From Nemertoderma westbladi (taxonomy: Eukaryota; Animalia; Xenacoelomorpha): 64,000 nt of DNA. The stretch spans positions 1 through 64,000 of the forward strand of contig JAUCBJ010007430.1 of NCBI GenBank assembly GCA_032718475.1. The letters are read 5' to 3'. Under the pieces are notes generated by a model. It worked only from the letters and a program-made list of their open reading frames with translations, was not told the origin of the DNA and made no database searches. The position numbers and the translations under genes were made by a program. Positions within the stretch are counted from its first letter, which is position 1, and each line of letters starts with the position of its first letter. Shown one piece after another: positions 39,601-52,405 of the stretch.

Positions 39601-42583
39601 TAAAGTATTGACACTTCAACATATCCATGACATGATAGCCACAGATGCGGTAGCAGAGATGAAATCAAACTTCTCGGAGGAGAATATGAGGGAGTCTAAA
39701 CCTGTTACCGGTAAGTCAATGGTAAGTTTTGATGATGACAGGACCACTGTGACTTTTAACTCAGTAGACAGATATAATTCGAATACCCCTGCCTTTAGAT
39801 CAGACTCGCGAGTATGGTCAGGTGAGCGGTCAGATAGACCTAAGGTAAAGCAACAGGAGTTGCCAGTTGGATTTGTAGGTTGCCAATTCTGCTTACTAAA
39901 GGAGGTAAGATCTGACGACCATAAGTTAGATAGTTGCAGATGGTTCAAAGAATTAACTTCGGAACAGAGAAGAGTTCAAGTGCGGACGTTGGACACCTGT
40001 TGGGCATGTCTTGCGCCAGGTCATGTATGGCGCCAGTGCCCGAACAGTAAGGACGGATGCATGGAATGCGGCAGACTACATCACAAGTTGCTACATGCGG
40101 ATTTCCATACCCCAACGGACCGTTACCTACAGAGAAATCCCCAAAGGAAGGGGAGCAGAGATCCCGTATCGATAAGAAGAAATACGTACACCGGCATCCA
40201 GGACGATGGTTATCAACCAGGTTCGTCGGACGAGGATGGCGAGGCGAGCGCGAGAGAAGTGACCTGCCAAGGTTTCACCGCTGATAGTTCATCGACCAGC
40301 GCACGGATGTATTTGTCATCGGCCACATCGGAAATATTCAGCATGATTCCGGTGAAACTTACTGGAGACAAGGGATCGAAGAGAATATATGTAATGTTAG
40401 ACACTGCGTCCACATTATCGTATATCGACGAGGAAGTGGCGAGAGCCGTTTCCAGCTTCCAGGACGCAGAGGAGATCCAAATAGAGTTAAAGTCCATGCA
40501 CGGGGTAGGGGACCTCAAGGGACACAAGATTTCGGTAGAACTAGACTCCCTACTCCCAAGAGACCAGCACACTCGCCAAGAACGGAGAGCGTTGCCATTG
40601 GACGGATTTAAGTGTCTAGCTATGAAAGGGTTCGGCAGGCAGTTAGGTAAGGTGCCACCGATGAGTCCCATAGCACAGGAGTATTTTGACAAGCTCAGAG
40701 TACCGAGACACCAGGTAGGTTATAGGGATGTATCTATGTTGATTGGTGCAGAACAGCTGATCGCACACCAAATATGGGAAACGAGACCAGCTGAGCCGCA
40801 TGTAAATGGACAACATGCCCATAGGACTGTACTAGGTTGGTATACACGAGTACCCATGTCTTATGAGTTTACAGGTGGCGACAAGCCAAAGGATAGACAC
40901 AACGGATTACAGCCTATAATTCAACCACCATTAGTAGAACCACCAGACATAGACGAGTTTAGGAGAGCCTGTATTGACCACTATAGTGACGTTAACGAGT
41001 CGGACGAGGAGTTGATTCCCGATAATGTTAGATTGTCAGAATCACTCTATAACGACTGGACAGATAGTGAACCCGAGGACTACTGTTATCAGACCCGTGG
41101 GTCTGGTTCAGCGGCCCACGCTACCTATTTGAGTAACGTTTTGACTTATACCAATATAATGGAGGGTCAAGTGGCTAGATATCGAGACCTCGACATTTTC
41201 CAATACAGTGAGGAGGAGCTACAGAAGGAATTGATATGCCAGGACCTCGAGACAGGAGCTAGAACCATCGAATGGCTGGATAGGGACGCAATGAAACCTG
41301 GTGGGTATGACCTAACCATGTCCACTGATGAGAAACGGTCGTTAGAGATGATGGAAGACACCATACGTCTGCTACCGACAGGACATTTCGAAGTTGGAAT
41401 GTTGTGGCGTCGACAACCTCCTAAGTTGGAAAACAACTACAACTTGGCTCTGAAAAGATTGAATGGAGTAAGGGCTCGGTTGTTGAAGAATCCAGACGTT
41501 AGGGAGAAGTATTGCGCCCTGATAAACAACTATTTCGCCAAGGGATTTGCTGGGAAGGTAGAGGACCCGGACTTAGTGACGGACCAGACTTATTACCTCC
41601 CACACCACTATGTGACTCACCCTGACAAACCAGACAAAGTCCGAGTAGTCAACGACTGCGCAGCAGTCTATAGAGGTATGTCCCTGAACTCAGAGTTGAT
41701 GGATGGTCCCAACTTAAATAACTATTTGATAGGAATACTGTTGCACTTTAGACAGCGGCGATTCGCGTTTACTTGCGACATCGAGGCGATGTTCCACCAG
41801 GTAAGAGCCTGCAAGGCGGACCAGGATAGTCTCAGATTTCTCTGATACGAGAATGAAGACCTATCCGGCCCAGTGGTTACATACCAGATGTATGTCAGGA
41901 TATTCCCGCGATAGTGCCAACGGCACGCTGTTTGTTCTAAAGAAAACGGCGACGGCCCAGATTGGTAAGTATCCAGTAGATGTTATAGAGTCCATCTTGA
42001 GAAACTTCTACATGGACGACGGATTGGTGTCCAAGGACACAGCAGAACAAGCCATAGAAGTGGCTCACGGCCTACAGGAGTGCTTGGCTACAGGGGGTTT
42101 TCCTCTGACCAAGTTCACTACCAACTCGGAGGCCCTATTAGAATTGTTCCCGGTGAAAGATCGTGGGAGCAGAGACATAGAGTTAGGGGTAGAACCCATC
42201 CCCATGGCGCGAGTATTGGGACTCGCTTGGAATCCGAACACGGATAAGTTCCAGGTGAGAGTCAGGTTTGAGCCCAGTAGCCCAGACAAAGTTTTGACTA
42301 AGAGAATCTGCTTATCGACAATGAGTAGACTATTTGACCCGATGAACTTTATCAGCCCGGTAATATTACAGGCACGAGTATGTATGAGGAAAATTTGGTT
42401 GTCCGACTTAGAGTGGGACGAGCCAATATCCCCTATACATGCAAAGCAGTGGAGCGAGTGGGAAGTCGAGTTGCATCTATTGAAAAATATAGATGTACCC
42501 CGCTCCTACTTTCCGAATCAGCTGGTATTTCCAGCTGATCTCGAACTGCACCTGTTTAGTGACGCAAGTGACACCGGCTTTGG
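36634..42583 (+). pseudogene. gag-pol: gag-pol of B (gag, NC, protease, RT, start of RH); several stops/frameshifts
   Basis: ORFs 36634-37314, 37324-38535, 38657-41845 (CQFC..HKLDSC, CWACLAPGHVWRQC, CMECGRLHHKLLH, LDTAS, YYLPHH) and 41853-42599 (FYMDD, LFSDAS). Confidence 0.95.
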
Positions 42584-43119
42584 ATATATTAATAATTAAT
42601 TAATTAATTAATTATTAATAATATAAATTCTAAAATGTCTAGACTTCGTCTATAGACATACAGTAATTTGAAAAGTCGTGAAGCCTGGAAAATAGCATTT
42701 AGAAACCATGGTGACGGCTATATTATGTAGGAGTGTAAATTGAGTTCAGTAACTTCCACAGATTGGTGCCAACAGTACAACAACCAAGGTGCTAAAGGTT
42801 AGTAGCACCAGAGGCGTACACAGACCCCACTCAGTAGTTTGCAGTGGAGTGAGGTGTTCGATTATCAAACCCGTGGGTTTGGTATAGTCGAACGCCATAG
42901 CTATTGTCTTTCTAACTACTGTAGCCTAGTACAAGTATTGGGGAGTAGCTTGGGCATCAAAAAGTGAGTTGGTCACGGCCAGTTTATCTCCGAAGTTTTT
43001 GCGCTATGCATGGGAATAGGTTAGAAGATAGTTAGGAATGAGACGGGATCTAGAGAGCCGAACCTGAACTGCTGGAAGGCGGCCGGGTAGCTCGGGAAGT
43101 TTGTCCCTCCGCACCATCT

Positions 43120-44261
43120 AACTGATTTACCCACAGTGTAATTGGTTTGCGTAACGAACTATTGGGATATATGTATTTGCGGCACGATGAACCGCTACCT
43201 GCCGTCCGAGATCAATTCGACGGGATGCATCTTTACTGGAGGACTCGAGGCGAGGATCAGGAGACGCCAAAGGTTTTCAGCGTATACAAGTTGTTCTACA
43301 AATGTGGCGAATGCATGAATAAACAAGACGTAGCGATTCCCGATCGACTGGACGAGCAGAATCCTGAACCGATATTAACGTGATGTCAAGCTCACCAGTT
43401 TCTTAGATACAACGAGGGAGGTTACCCGATGAGCAACCCGATGATTAGTATTGACTTTAGCGGAAAGCGACCTCCGAGACCCATTATGCCGACCATTACG
43501 ACTTTAGATCCGTATACGGAGATTAAACCCTGTTCGACACGGCATAGACACGGCGGCGGCCATTTCGCTATACCGAGCCTATAAGGACCTAGAGGCGTGG
43601 CGCGAAGCGGCACGGGACTCGAGTTCCTGGACCACGTTCACTTCGCTTCACCAGGAGAGGAAGCTCATGCCTGAGTATCCAGACGAGATTCACGCCGTCC
43701 ATCCGTCTACTAACTATACCCACGATCCGCGATTTATACGATATTTACTCCAAATTATTTCCGGAAGTTTCGACGCACGCATTATTAAGCCCGAATATGT
43801 CCAATCCTTTATATATCATCGTCACTCTGATATATACGTCTAGATTTATTACCCAGCGCATAATTGGCGGCCTAAGGAGACTCGTTTGGGGTCATTGACC
43901 TCTGAATGAGTGGAGGATCAGGACCGCCACGCCCACAGCGACAACAGCCGGAGCTCACAGCTCGCGGCAAGTACCAGAAGGAAGAGTCCTAGGCAAGCAT
44001 CAAGCCAAGGACGAGCAGTTCCATTCTACAGTTGCAGAAGGAGGAGTTGGTGGAGGCGGCCACAGGGACACGCAAATGGGACGAGGCCGAGGGAGGAGCA
44101 CCAGTCGAGAGATAGTCGGTGCCCAGGGAACGTCGTCGCTGGTTCCGGGGAGTGATGCCTCAAGGACGCCGTCAACAGAGTCTACAGGGGGTAGACTGGT
44201 GTATCTGGGGAGGGGACAAAGGAGAGGAGCGAGCCCGAGAGACCCAGGAGCTAGCCGATGA
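43120..44261 (+). pseudogene. ORF3 remnant of B (N-terminal Zn-motif region and C-terminal RG tail; exonuclease deleted)
   Basis: PAVRDQFDGMHLY..YKCGEC..NPEPILT*CQAHQFLRYNEGGYPMSNP and ISLYRAYK match E ORF3; MGRGRGRSTSRE matches A. Confidence 0.85.
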
Positions 44262-45119
44262 GACTATAATATCACAGACCGACAAACTCTTAGACATATA
44301 CATCATCGTCGCTCTGATGTATATCATAGGTTTTGATCAATCATTCGACTGGACTCATATACACTAGTCGTATCCATATTTTAGAATTTTATTTTCGAAG
44401 GCCGAAAAATATTGAAAGGAAATACTTTCACTTTGTAGTCCGTTGGAAATAGTAAATACTTTATACTATATTTGATTTTGTGTATATGACTTTATTTGCT
44501 CTAAAGTTTATTGAAAGAGGCAAAGGAAGTGATTGGGGAGACAAACCCGCGGGTTTGGCTTACTCCTTTCACTTACCTGAGCAATCATCAAACCAAGATG
44601 ATTTGCGTTTTTTATAAGAAATGAAGTAAAGTCCGAAATTGAAAGAAATTATTACGTATTTTATATTTCGTTTGATTATCGGCCTTTAATGCAATTTAGT
44701 TAAAAATTTAGCCTCAAATACGTTTATATTTAGTTTATTTTGTTATTGTTGATCGTTAATTTGAGATGGGAAATGGGGGAAATTGTCCTAGCCATGTTCC
44801 ATTTCAATAGGTAGACCGTCAATTTGTAAATAAATGAAAGTAATATATATTGTAAATTTAATTTGTATGTAGTAATCATTATGTAGTAAGAGAAAGCAGT
44901 ATTTTTGTAAATTTAATTTGTATTTAACTATTGAGAGAGATAATATTTTGTAAATTTAATTTGTATGCGAACCCATTATGCAATATTTTGTAAATATTTA
45001 GAACTATTATGGTACCAAGTTAATTAGATTATTTGAAAGTGAATTTATTTTGTTTTGTTTACATCGCCCTATATTCTTCTACAATTGGAGGGAAACATTG
45101 CTTGTTTCCCTTGGAGCGG

Positions 45120-47077
45120 TGTTACGATATATGGCGCTGTGTACCATTATCAGCCCGTTATACAGTATAAATATTTAGATAAGCCATAATGACGTGCATT
45201 CATATTTAGATATGGAAAATAAAATATCCATATTCGTAAATCTTATACATTTTTGTACAGTATGTAGTCCTCCTACCTATGCAATTTTGTAGTAAAATAT
45301 AAGTAAATAGTTCCACGGTAGCAAGTTTCCTATGAAACCCTTGATATAAGCTTGCTGTTATTAGCCTCAATAGGACTAACTGTGTATTGGTTTTAATTTT
45401 CTTTATATTTGCGCTAAATTAGTTTTTATGTACCGTATTATTAGTACCGCTAAATTAAGCAACGCCAAAATTACCATATATGGTGACGATTTGTGATTTC
45501 AAGGAGCAATAGGTTCACAATCCGGCTTCCTTATTGGCCTAGCTGCTTCCAGGTTGGTCTAATGGTAGCGCGGATTGGCTCAATCAGAGAACTATTGCAT
45601 CATCCTTCATGAATCACCTATAAATTGGCGGTATTTCTGGTATGTGTTTTTTGTAATTGTAATCTAGTGTGTAATTCTTTCTTAGTTTATCCACAATTTC
45701 AGTTTTTGCATATTTCTGTATTTCCATTTGTTTTCTTGCAATAATTCGCAAATTTGTAATTATTTCTACTTATTTCTTGCTGTGTTTCTTAATTGATCTC
45801 AATGATTACTGCCAATTACAATCAGAACTATGAATTCTACCTCTTGATTAATGGTTCTATGTGATTAAGATGCGATAATCCCACGGAATTTCTTGAGACT
45901 GTCAGACTGTGTGATTGCATGCACCGTTACGGTAGCTATTCATCTGATGGAGGGCTAAGGTACCGGTAGGCGCGGCGGGCGCACTGGGGGGAAGCGACGG
46001 AGGGGAGTGCAGAGGATCCAAAGCTGGTCGATGCTGGCGGGGGGCCACCGTTGCGGTCGGGGCTAGTCAGTTGAGGACCGGGGACCAGCCGCTGGTACAG
46101 TATTAGGGGGCTGACGATCCAGATTTCCATCTCTACTTTGTAGTTTTAGGGGGGCAGAATTTGGGTTTAGTTAGGAGTCCCATGTGTTGCTTTGGGTGAC
46201 CTGTGGTTCTTACACTGACTGACTGATTGGATGACTAATACTGGTATACTGATGTACTAATGTACGGGTATTTAGTGCACTAGCTGATTGGTGTAGTTAG
46301 CGCTATCTGCTGTACTACTAACTTAGTGCTACGCTATTTGTGTTGTGTTGCTAAAGAGTGCCTGATTCTTAAATGTGAATGCTTAGATAGGCGCCTTTCC
46401 CTTCGATTGATTTCCATTTCTTAGTTTATGCTTATTAGTTGCTAATTAGGTCAAAATAATACCGTATTTAGACTGTTGCTAGTATAAGCCCCAGTACGTA
46501 ATAAATTAGAAGTACGTATTCTGGAATATCTAGTAATTAGTACGCAAATTTGTATTTATGACTGTAATTAATTTAGCGATAAAATAAAATAAGAATTTGT
46601 ACGCAGCATAGCGGAGAGTAGTTTAAGTAATTGTTTTAGAATACCGTAGACTATTCACGCTAGGCGGTTATTTGAAAATAGCGGGGCAACGGACTGACAG
46701 CAGTGTCCAGTATACAGTACAGCAGTAGTAAGTTTGCTGGTCTAAAACCAGCCAAAGGCCAAGTTTCTACACCTAGGAAAGTAATAGATCTGTCCCCGTA
46801 GATTATTAAAACATTCTCACATTCAATGTGTTCTGCCAGTGAATTCCAGTATTTTGCGATAAGTGAACTCTGAGTGCTAGGTCACCCGCACTCGTTTTAA
46901 GTAGCTTAGGGAGCCGATTCGGGTTTATTGTTTTGATTATTCCTGCGTGGCTCATAGATTCGAACAGTTAGCTCTCTGTTGAGCGATCAACAGAGAAAGG
47001 AACAAGCGATTTGCAGGAGCCGTATAAAATTAGTAAAATATATTAGCGGACGGCCAGGTTAGCGCCATCCAGCGGTG
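45120..47077 (+). repeat. 3' LTR of B (truncated, fused to C')
   Basis: Direct repeat of 33520-35448; no terminal CA or TSD at the junction. Confidence 0.9.
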
Positions 47078-47726
47078 GCCATCCATACGTGAAGGACTAT
47101 ACAGGAAACGCTATAATCCAGGATTCCAATGTCAATTACATCGGGACGGAACCCATAAAACCAGGAGTTGTAAGTACTGGCAAGCGTTGCCCAAACGAGA
47201 TCGTGTAGCCTACACAGACGCAAACGGACTATGTCATCGATGTGTGGTAAAAGGACACAGATCCGGAGAGTGTTGGAAAGGGAGAGGATGTGAAAGGACT
47301 AAACCAGGGGTAGAGAAGCCCATGAGCAAAAATAAAGGAGTCGGGAAAGTAGAAGGAGGCGTGTTGCATACGCACGCAGGACTGACACAGTGCGAGGGGG
47401 CATTACATGGGCAGACGTCGTGTATACCGAGGGACAAGCGGGGGTCATCGAGGCCTTTAATGCCAGCGCACATACGAAGGGGGAGGCCAGCAGAGGTAGT
47501 ACAGAAGAGAGTGTGGCGAAGAGTTAGAGGACGTATAAGAGGGCAGCGGGAGAGTGCCTACTGGAAGAAGGGGCACCTGAGAGTTTTTAGTCGTCCAAAG
47601 TTTTGGACTGAGGGGGGTGGGAATGAGGGCGAGACGCCCTTCCCACGCATAAAATATAAAATAATTATTTAATTAAAAACAATAAATAATTAAATAATAA
47701 AGTAGGTAGAAGTTAGGTAGTAAGAG

Positions 47727-47757
<31 letters not shown>

Positions 47758-47769
47758 CAGCTAGTTAGA

Positions 47770-48820
47770 GTAAGAGTTAGAGGGTACGTAGTACCGATAG
47801 TTAGTAGAGTTAGGAGTAGTAAGAGGGTACGTAGTACCGTTAGTTAGAGAGTTAGTAAGAATTAGAGGGTACGTAGTACCGTTAGTTAGAGAGAGTAAGA
47901 GTAAGAGGGTACGTAGTACCCTTAGTTAGTAAAGAGAGCTAGAGAAGTTAGTGAGAGGGTACGTAGTACCGTTAAGAGAGAGTTAGCAGAGTAGAGTTAG
48001 TAGTAGAGGGTTGTGGGCACCATAAGCGCCACGTAGGGAGTAGAGCAGTAGAGGGTTGTGGGCACCGTGAGCGCCACGTAGAAAGTAGTAGCAGTAGAGG
48101 TTGTGGGCACCGTAAGCGCCACGTAGTTAGAGTTAGTAGGGGATGCGCTGAACTTAGTGGGGCACGGGCGTGATGAGGTGTTTGATGTAAGAGCAGGGTA
48201 TGTTAATTAGAGTTAGTGGGAGTTAGAGGTTAGTAAGAGGGTACGTAGTACCGGTTGTGGTTGTGGGCACCGTTAGCGCCACGTAGATAGAGGTGGAGTT
48301 AGTAAGAGGGTACGTAGTACCGGTTGTGGTTGTGGGCACCATTAGCGCCACGTAGATAGAAGTAGAGTTAGTAAGAGTTAGTAGAAGTTCACATAATTAA
48401 CGTACCCGCTCTGCCGGCACTCAGAGCGTCACGTGCAGGCGAGTAGACGTAAAGGTAGTAAAGTTAGAGAGCTAGAGGTAGTAGAGTAGAGCAGAGAGGG
48501 CACATAGGGTGCCAGGTAGTAGAGTTAGAGAGTTAGAGATAGAGTAGAGTAGTAGAGAGGGCACATAGGGTGCCAGGTAGTAGAGTTAGAGTGTTAGAGG
48601 TAGTAGAGACGGGCACATAGGGTGCCAGAGAGTAGAGTTAGAGTGTTAGAGGTAGTAGAGTAGAATAGTAGAGACGGGCACATAGGGTGCCAGGTAGTAG
48701 AGTTAGGGTGTTAGAGGTAGTAGAGAGGGCACATAGGGTGCCAGAGAGTAGAATAGTAGAAGGGCACATAGGGTGCCAGATAGTAGAGTGGTTGTGGGCA
48801 CCGCAAGCGCCACGTAGTTA
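47770..48820 (+). repeat. Mixed array of three hairpin-containing units in an A/G/T-rich background
   Basis: Multiple copies of GGTACGTAGTACC, GTGGGCACCnnnnGCGCCAC and GGCACATAGGGTGCC. Confidence 0.85.
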
Positions 48821-49387
48821 GAAGAGTGGGTAAAGTTAGGGAGTTCTAGTTAAAGGGCTAGAGAGTTGGTAGACTTAGAGGAGTCAAGTAGAGTTAGTAG
48901 AAGTAGAGAGTTAGTAGGAGTTAGTTAGACTTAGTAGAGCTAGTTAGACTTAGAGAGATAGTTAGAGTTAAAGATAGTTAGATAGTTAGCAAGTAAGTAG
49001 TAGGTAGATAGTATGATAGCACAGGGGTAGCATTAGAGATTAGGGCCTTAGAGAGTGGTAGAGAGGAGATAGTGAGAGGAGTATGGAGAGAAGTTAGAGT
49101 GCGATTCAGGTGTGGGGAGAGAGTAAGACTGGGGAGTTGAGTTAGAGAGCGGAGCTAGAGTGGTGAGAGTGCCGGGGAAACAAAAATTGTGTGAGAGAAG
49201 CGCACGATCGGCCCGACCCTAGGCGCCAGAGGGTAGTGACATCATACCCATAGGGAGCGGCCTGGAAAGCCGGCTCCGAAAGAAAATAGACCCACCCCAC
49301 ACCCAATACTAGATCGGGATCCAGCAGAATTGTAGCGCACTTTAGTTGGATGCTATCTTCTTACCGGGAAGATAGCATGGGGGGGAG

Positions 49388-49732
49388 TGTTAGCTTATCC
49401 AATTCCGCTAACACAAACCCATAGAGTGAGCCGTTAAGCAATATTGGGAGTACGAGGTTGATTACCCAACCTCGTGTCACCCCAATAAAGTGGGAAGGAG
49501 AAACACACAATAGGAGTCAGGGGCCAAACCCCTAACCGAGAGAGACCACAAGGGCGAAGGGAAGCACTTCAGAGGGGGGCAAAGGGTGACAAGTAGGATA
49601 TTAGCCAATGGGGGGAAGGCATCGGCTGAGTAGTGATTATATGGCCAACCGTGCAATATATATTACCGGTCGATGCAATATCCATTCAGTTTACTCAGTC
49701 AGTTCAGTAGGGTGGAGCGGTGACTTCTATCA
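49388..49732 (+). repeat. 3' LTR of C'
   Basis: Starts TGTTAGC after the PPT; diverged homolog of 28578-28965; the end is inferred at ..GGTGACTTCTATCA. Confidence 0.65.
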
Positions 49733-49931
49733 CCGTCCGCTACCGCCATCACATGTAGTACTTATCTACCGGTAACTGTGTCATCCATTTCAACTGTGCT
49801 ATATCAACTATATTATACCTTTATACATATTACCGAACATCAGAACTCTTAACGAACCTTTTCATATACACGGCGGGGACGCGTAGATAGAAAACCCAAA
49901 CAGATAAATCGGGATCTGTAGATCCCGTCAC

Positions 49932-50522
49932 ACATAACGTTGTTTAGTAGACACAAATACATAACGTTGTTTAGGAGACATATATACATAACGTTGTTTA
50001 GGAGAAACTTATACATAACGTTGTTTAGGAGACACATATACATAATGTTGTTTAGTAGACACAAATACATAACGTTGTTTAGGAGACATATATACATAAC
50101 GTTGTTTGGGAGACACATATATATACATAATGTTGTTTAGGAGACACATATACATAACGTTGTTTAGGAGACACATATACATAACGTTGTTTAGTAGACA
50201 CAAATACATAACGTTGTTTAGGAGACATATATACATAACGTTGTTTGGGAGACACATATATATACATAACGTTTTTTAGGAGACACATATACATAACGTT
50301 GTTTAGGAGACACATATACATAACGTTGTTTAGTAGACACATATACATAACGTTGTTTAGTAGACACAAATACATAACGTTGTTTAGGAGACATATACAC
50401 ATAACGTTGTTTAGAAGATACATATACATAACGTTGTTTAGGAGACATATATACATAACGTTGTTTAGGAGACTCATATACATAACGTTGTTTAGGAGAC
50501 ACATATACATAACGTTGTTTAT
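49932..50522. repeat. 27-bp minisatellite, roughly 21-22 copies
   Basis: ACATAACGTTGTTTAGGAGACACATAT units with minor variants. Confidence 0.95.
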
Positions 50523-50524
50523 AT

Positions 50525-52405
50525 GCGAAGAGACAGTAACAATACCTGCAATATCCTACTGTAAAGTTTGTGAATCAAATCATAAATCCGACCTTCTCAC
50601 CAAAACAGTAAACTCCAAGTAGGCGAATATATATTGCAGTATCGGTCCCTTATAACCGGTGAGGCAGAAAACAGTCTACGAACAGACAAACTTCGATAAA
50701 ACAAAATCCCGCGCAGCGAATCCTAAAATCAGGCTGACTCACTGACGGACTAAGGGGCTCGTATACTTTGCCGCGGTGTGATTTATATGGTTGGGCGAAA
50801 AGGACGCTAGCTAGGTGCAGAGATCTGGAGAGGTCTAACTAGCGGACAAAGTGCAGTACGGACAAAAGTTAATTTTATATATTTTGAGGTGTAAATAATT
50901 TCTAACGCGCGTGTTAATTCTGAACAGTCAAGATCAGTTTTGCTCCTTCATATATATAATTACTGGGTACGGTGTGCATTTTACAAATATTCTAATTTTG
51001 TAACTTGTAGGTCCAATACTCACGAATGATAAGGCTCCTTCCCCTCTTGCGTATTTCCAGGACTCAAATTCAGGCATAAGGTTAATACTACGCCCAGAAT
51101 TCGGCAATTTTTTATTTACCAGGTCCCTAATACTAAGAAGAAATGTGTTAGTTTACTACAGTAGGCGTACGGTTACTAATAGCTAGCCTGGCGTCCTATC
51201 TAGAATTTTGGTTACCTAGGTGGGCTTGGTAACTTCCTATCAGGATGTCGGCGGGGACACGGTAGATGTTAGTATCCCTAATAGCCTCAATTTATTTGCA
51301 CCTAGTCGTAAACTGCCCTACTGCCTGAACGGTACAATCCCAATTCAGGTGAAACACAGTAACCCTTCCGGCCTACAAGTTCTAATGCAATGGACACCGT
51401 TGTACTACAAATAGTCACAGACGCACCTGCACTTAGCAAGAGTTAGGCGTACAGTTTGCTGCACCCTACCAATGTGTATGCTTTGTACCGGTGTGCCTAC
51501 GTCCTATCTGCGTACTAGTATCTCTGCCTGCTCTCTCCCTCCCCATAGGAATATGAAGGTCTACTGCGGTTTTTTCCTGAATTAAAACAGTACAGTCCCT
51601 AGATGTAATTTTAGGCGTACAGCGTGTCACTACCTCTACCTTCGATCTTTGGTCTTATACTTAGGTAGCAAGGCATCGAACGCTGTCTAACCTTTCAGGC
51701 GATGGGCGAATAACTAAGAGTGATATTGCGGGTTGTCTCCTGTCTACATTCCTTAGATGTTCCCGTTCATTGCTGTGGCCCGATGTTTAGCCAGCCATCC
51801 TGTCCCTTAGTTGGGTTCACCGTGGTGAAGCATAGTAAAACAGATAGAAAAGGGCAGATGTGACAAGTATTTCTAACTTTTATTACAAAATCAAACAATA
51901 ACTATTATACAATAAACAGATGAGAAATAATAGTGATGTAGAGAAGTGTGAAGATAACTAATGAACGAAATCGCACCTTTTATACCAAATTTGTGCCGCA
52001 ATCAATCGAGAAAATTCTCGATTGTTCTATAGGTTCTAACAGGTTTTTAAAGATAGCTATTGGTCCAGCAAATATATAACTTGTACGACATTGGTTACAA
52101 TCTAATAACTACAATCTCATCGGTTAACCTTACTTCGAGCAAATGCAATTAATTTGTAGCGGTCAATTTAAATGAGTTGAAATTCTGCACAAAAAATAAT
52201 TCGCACCTACTAGGATTCGAACTCAATACACACTACATATAATTTCCAACGCTCTACCGACTGAGCTACTGAACCACTTGACTAATCATCGTACAAATAG
52301 ATATAGCAAATACAAATGAGGACTTAATGTAATCTTTTAACAAAGTTAATTCGAATAAAATAAAAATTTTGAAAATCCACGGCATTTAGAGAATATAATT
52401 CTATA
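50525..52405 (-). repeat. Putative 3' LTR of E (left boundary uncertain)
   Basis: Begins right after the PPT-like motif (TATAG rather than TGT). TATAAAAG near 51977-51984 and AATAAA near 51879-51884 on the minus strand. No second copy in the window. Confidence 0.5.
52201..52275 (-). tRNA. Degenerate tRNA-like / Pol III A-box-B-box cassette (not a functional tRNA)
   Basis: GGTTCAGTAGCTCAGTCGGTAGAGCG (A box, perfect GCTC/GAGC D-stem) ... GAGTTCGAATCC (B box), then T6. Acceptor and anticodon stems pair poorly. Confidence 0.6.

Larger units (their letters stand above)
33520..47077 (+). mobile_element. BEL/Pao copy B (A family): two LTRs, gag-PR-RT, RH/IN deleted, partly deleted ORF3
   Basis: Direct repeats at 33520-35448 and 45120-47077 both start TGTTACGATAT. 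PPT-like TTGGAGCGG at 45111-45119. Confidence 0.94.
47085..49732 (+). mobile_element. BEL/Pao copy C' (D/C family; NC remnant, IN tail, hairpin-repeat region, PPT, 3' LTR)
   Basis: 47085-47270 matches C gag (CHRCVVKGHRSGEC). 47520-47650 matches the IN tail and post-pol motif. PPT G-run then TGT at 49388. Confidence 0.85.

Noticed and set aside
49849-50622. Several ORFs (LLNNVMY.., PKQRYVY..)
   Set aside because: Translations of the 27-bp minisatellite.
52201-52275. Functional tRNA gene
   Set aside because: Acceptor, anticodon and T stems do not pair properly; only the D arm and promoter boxes are intact.
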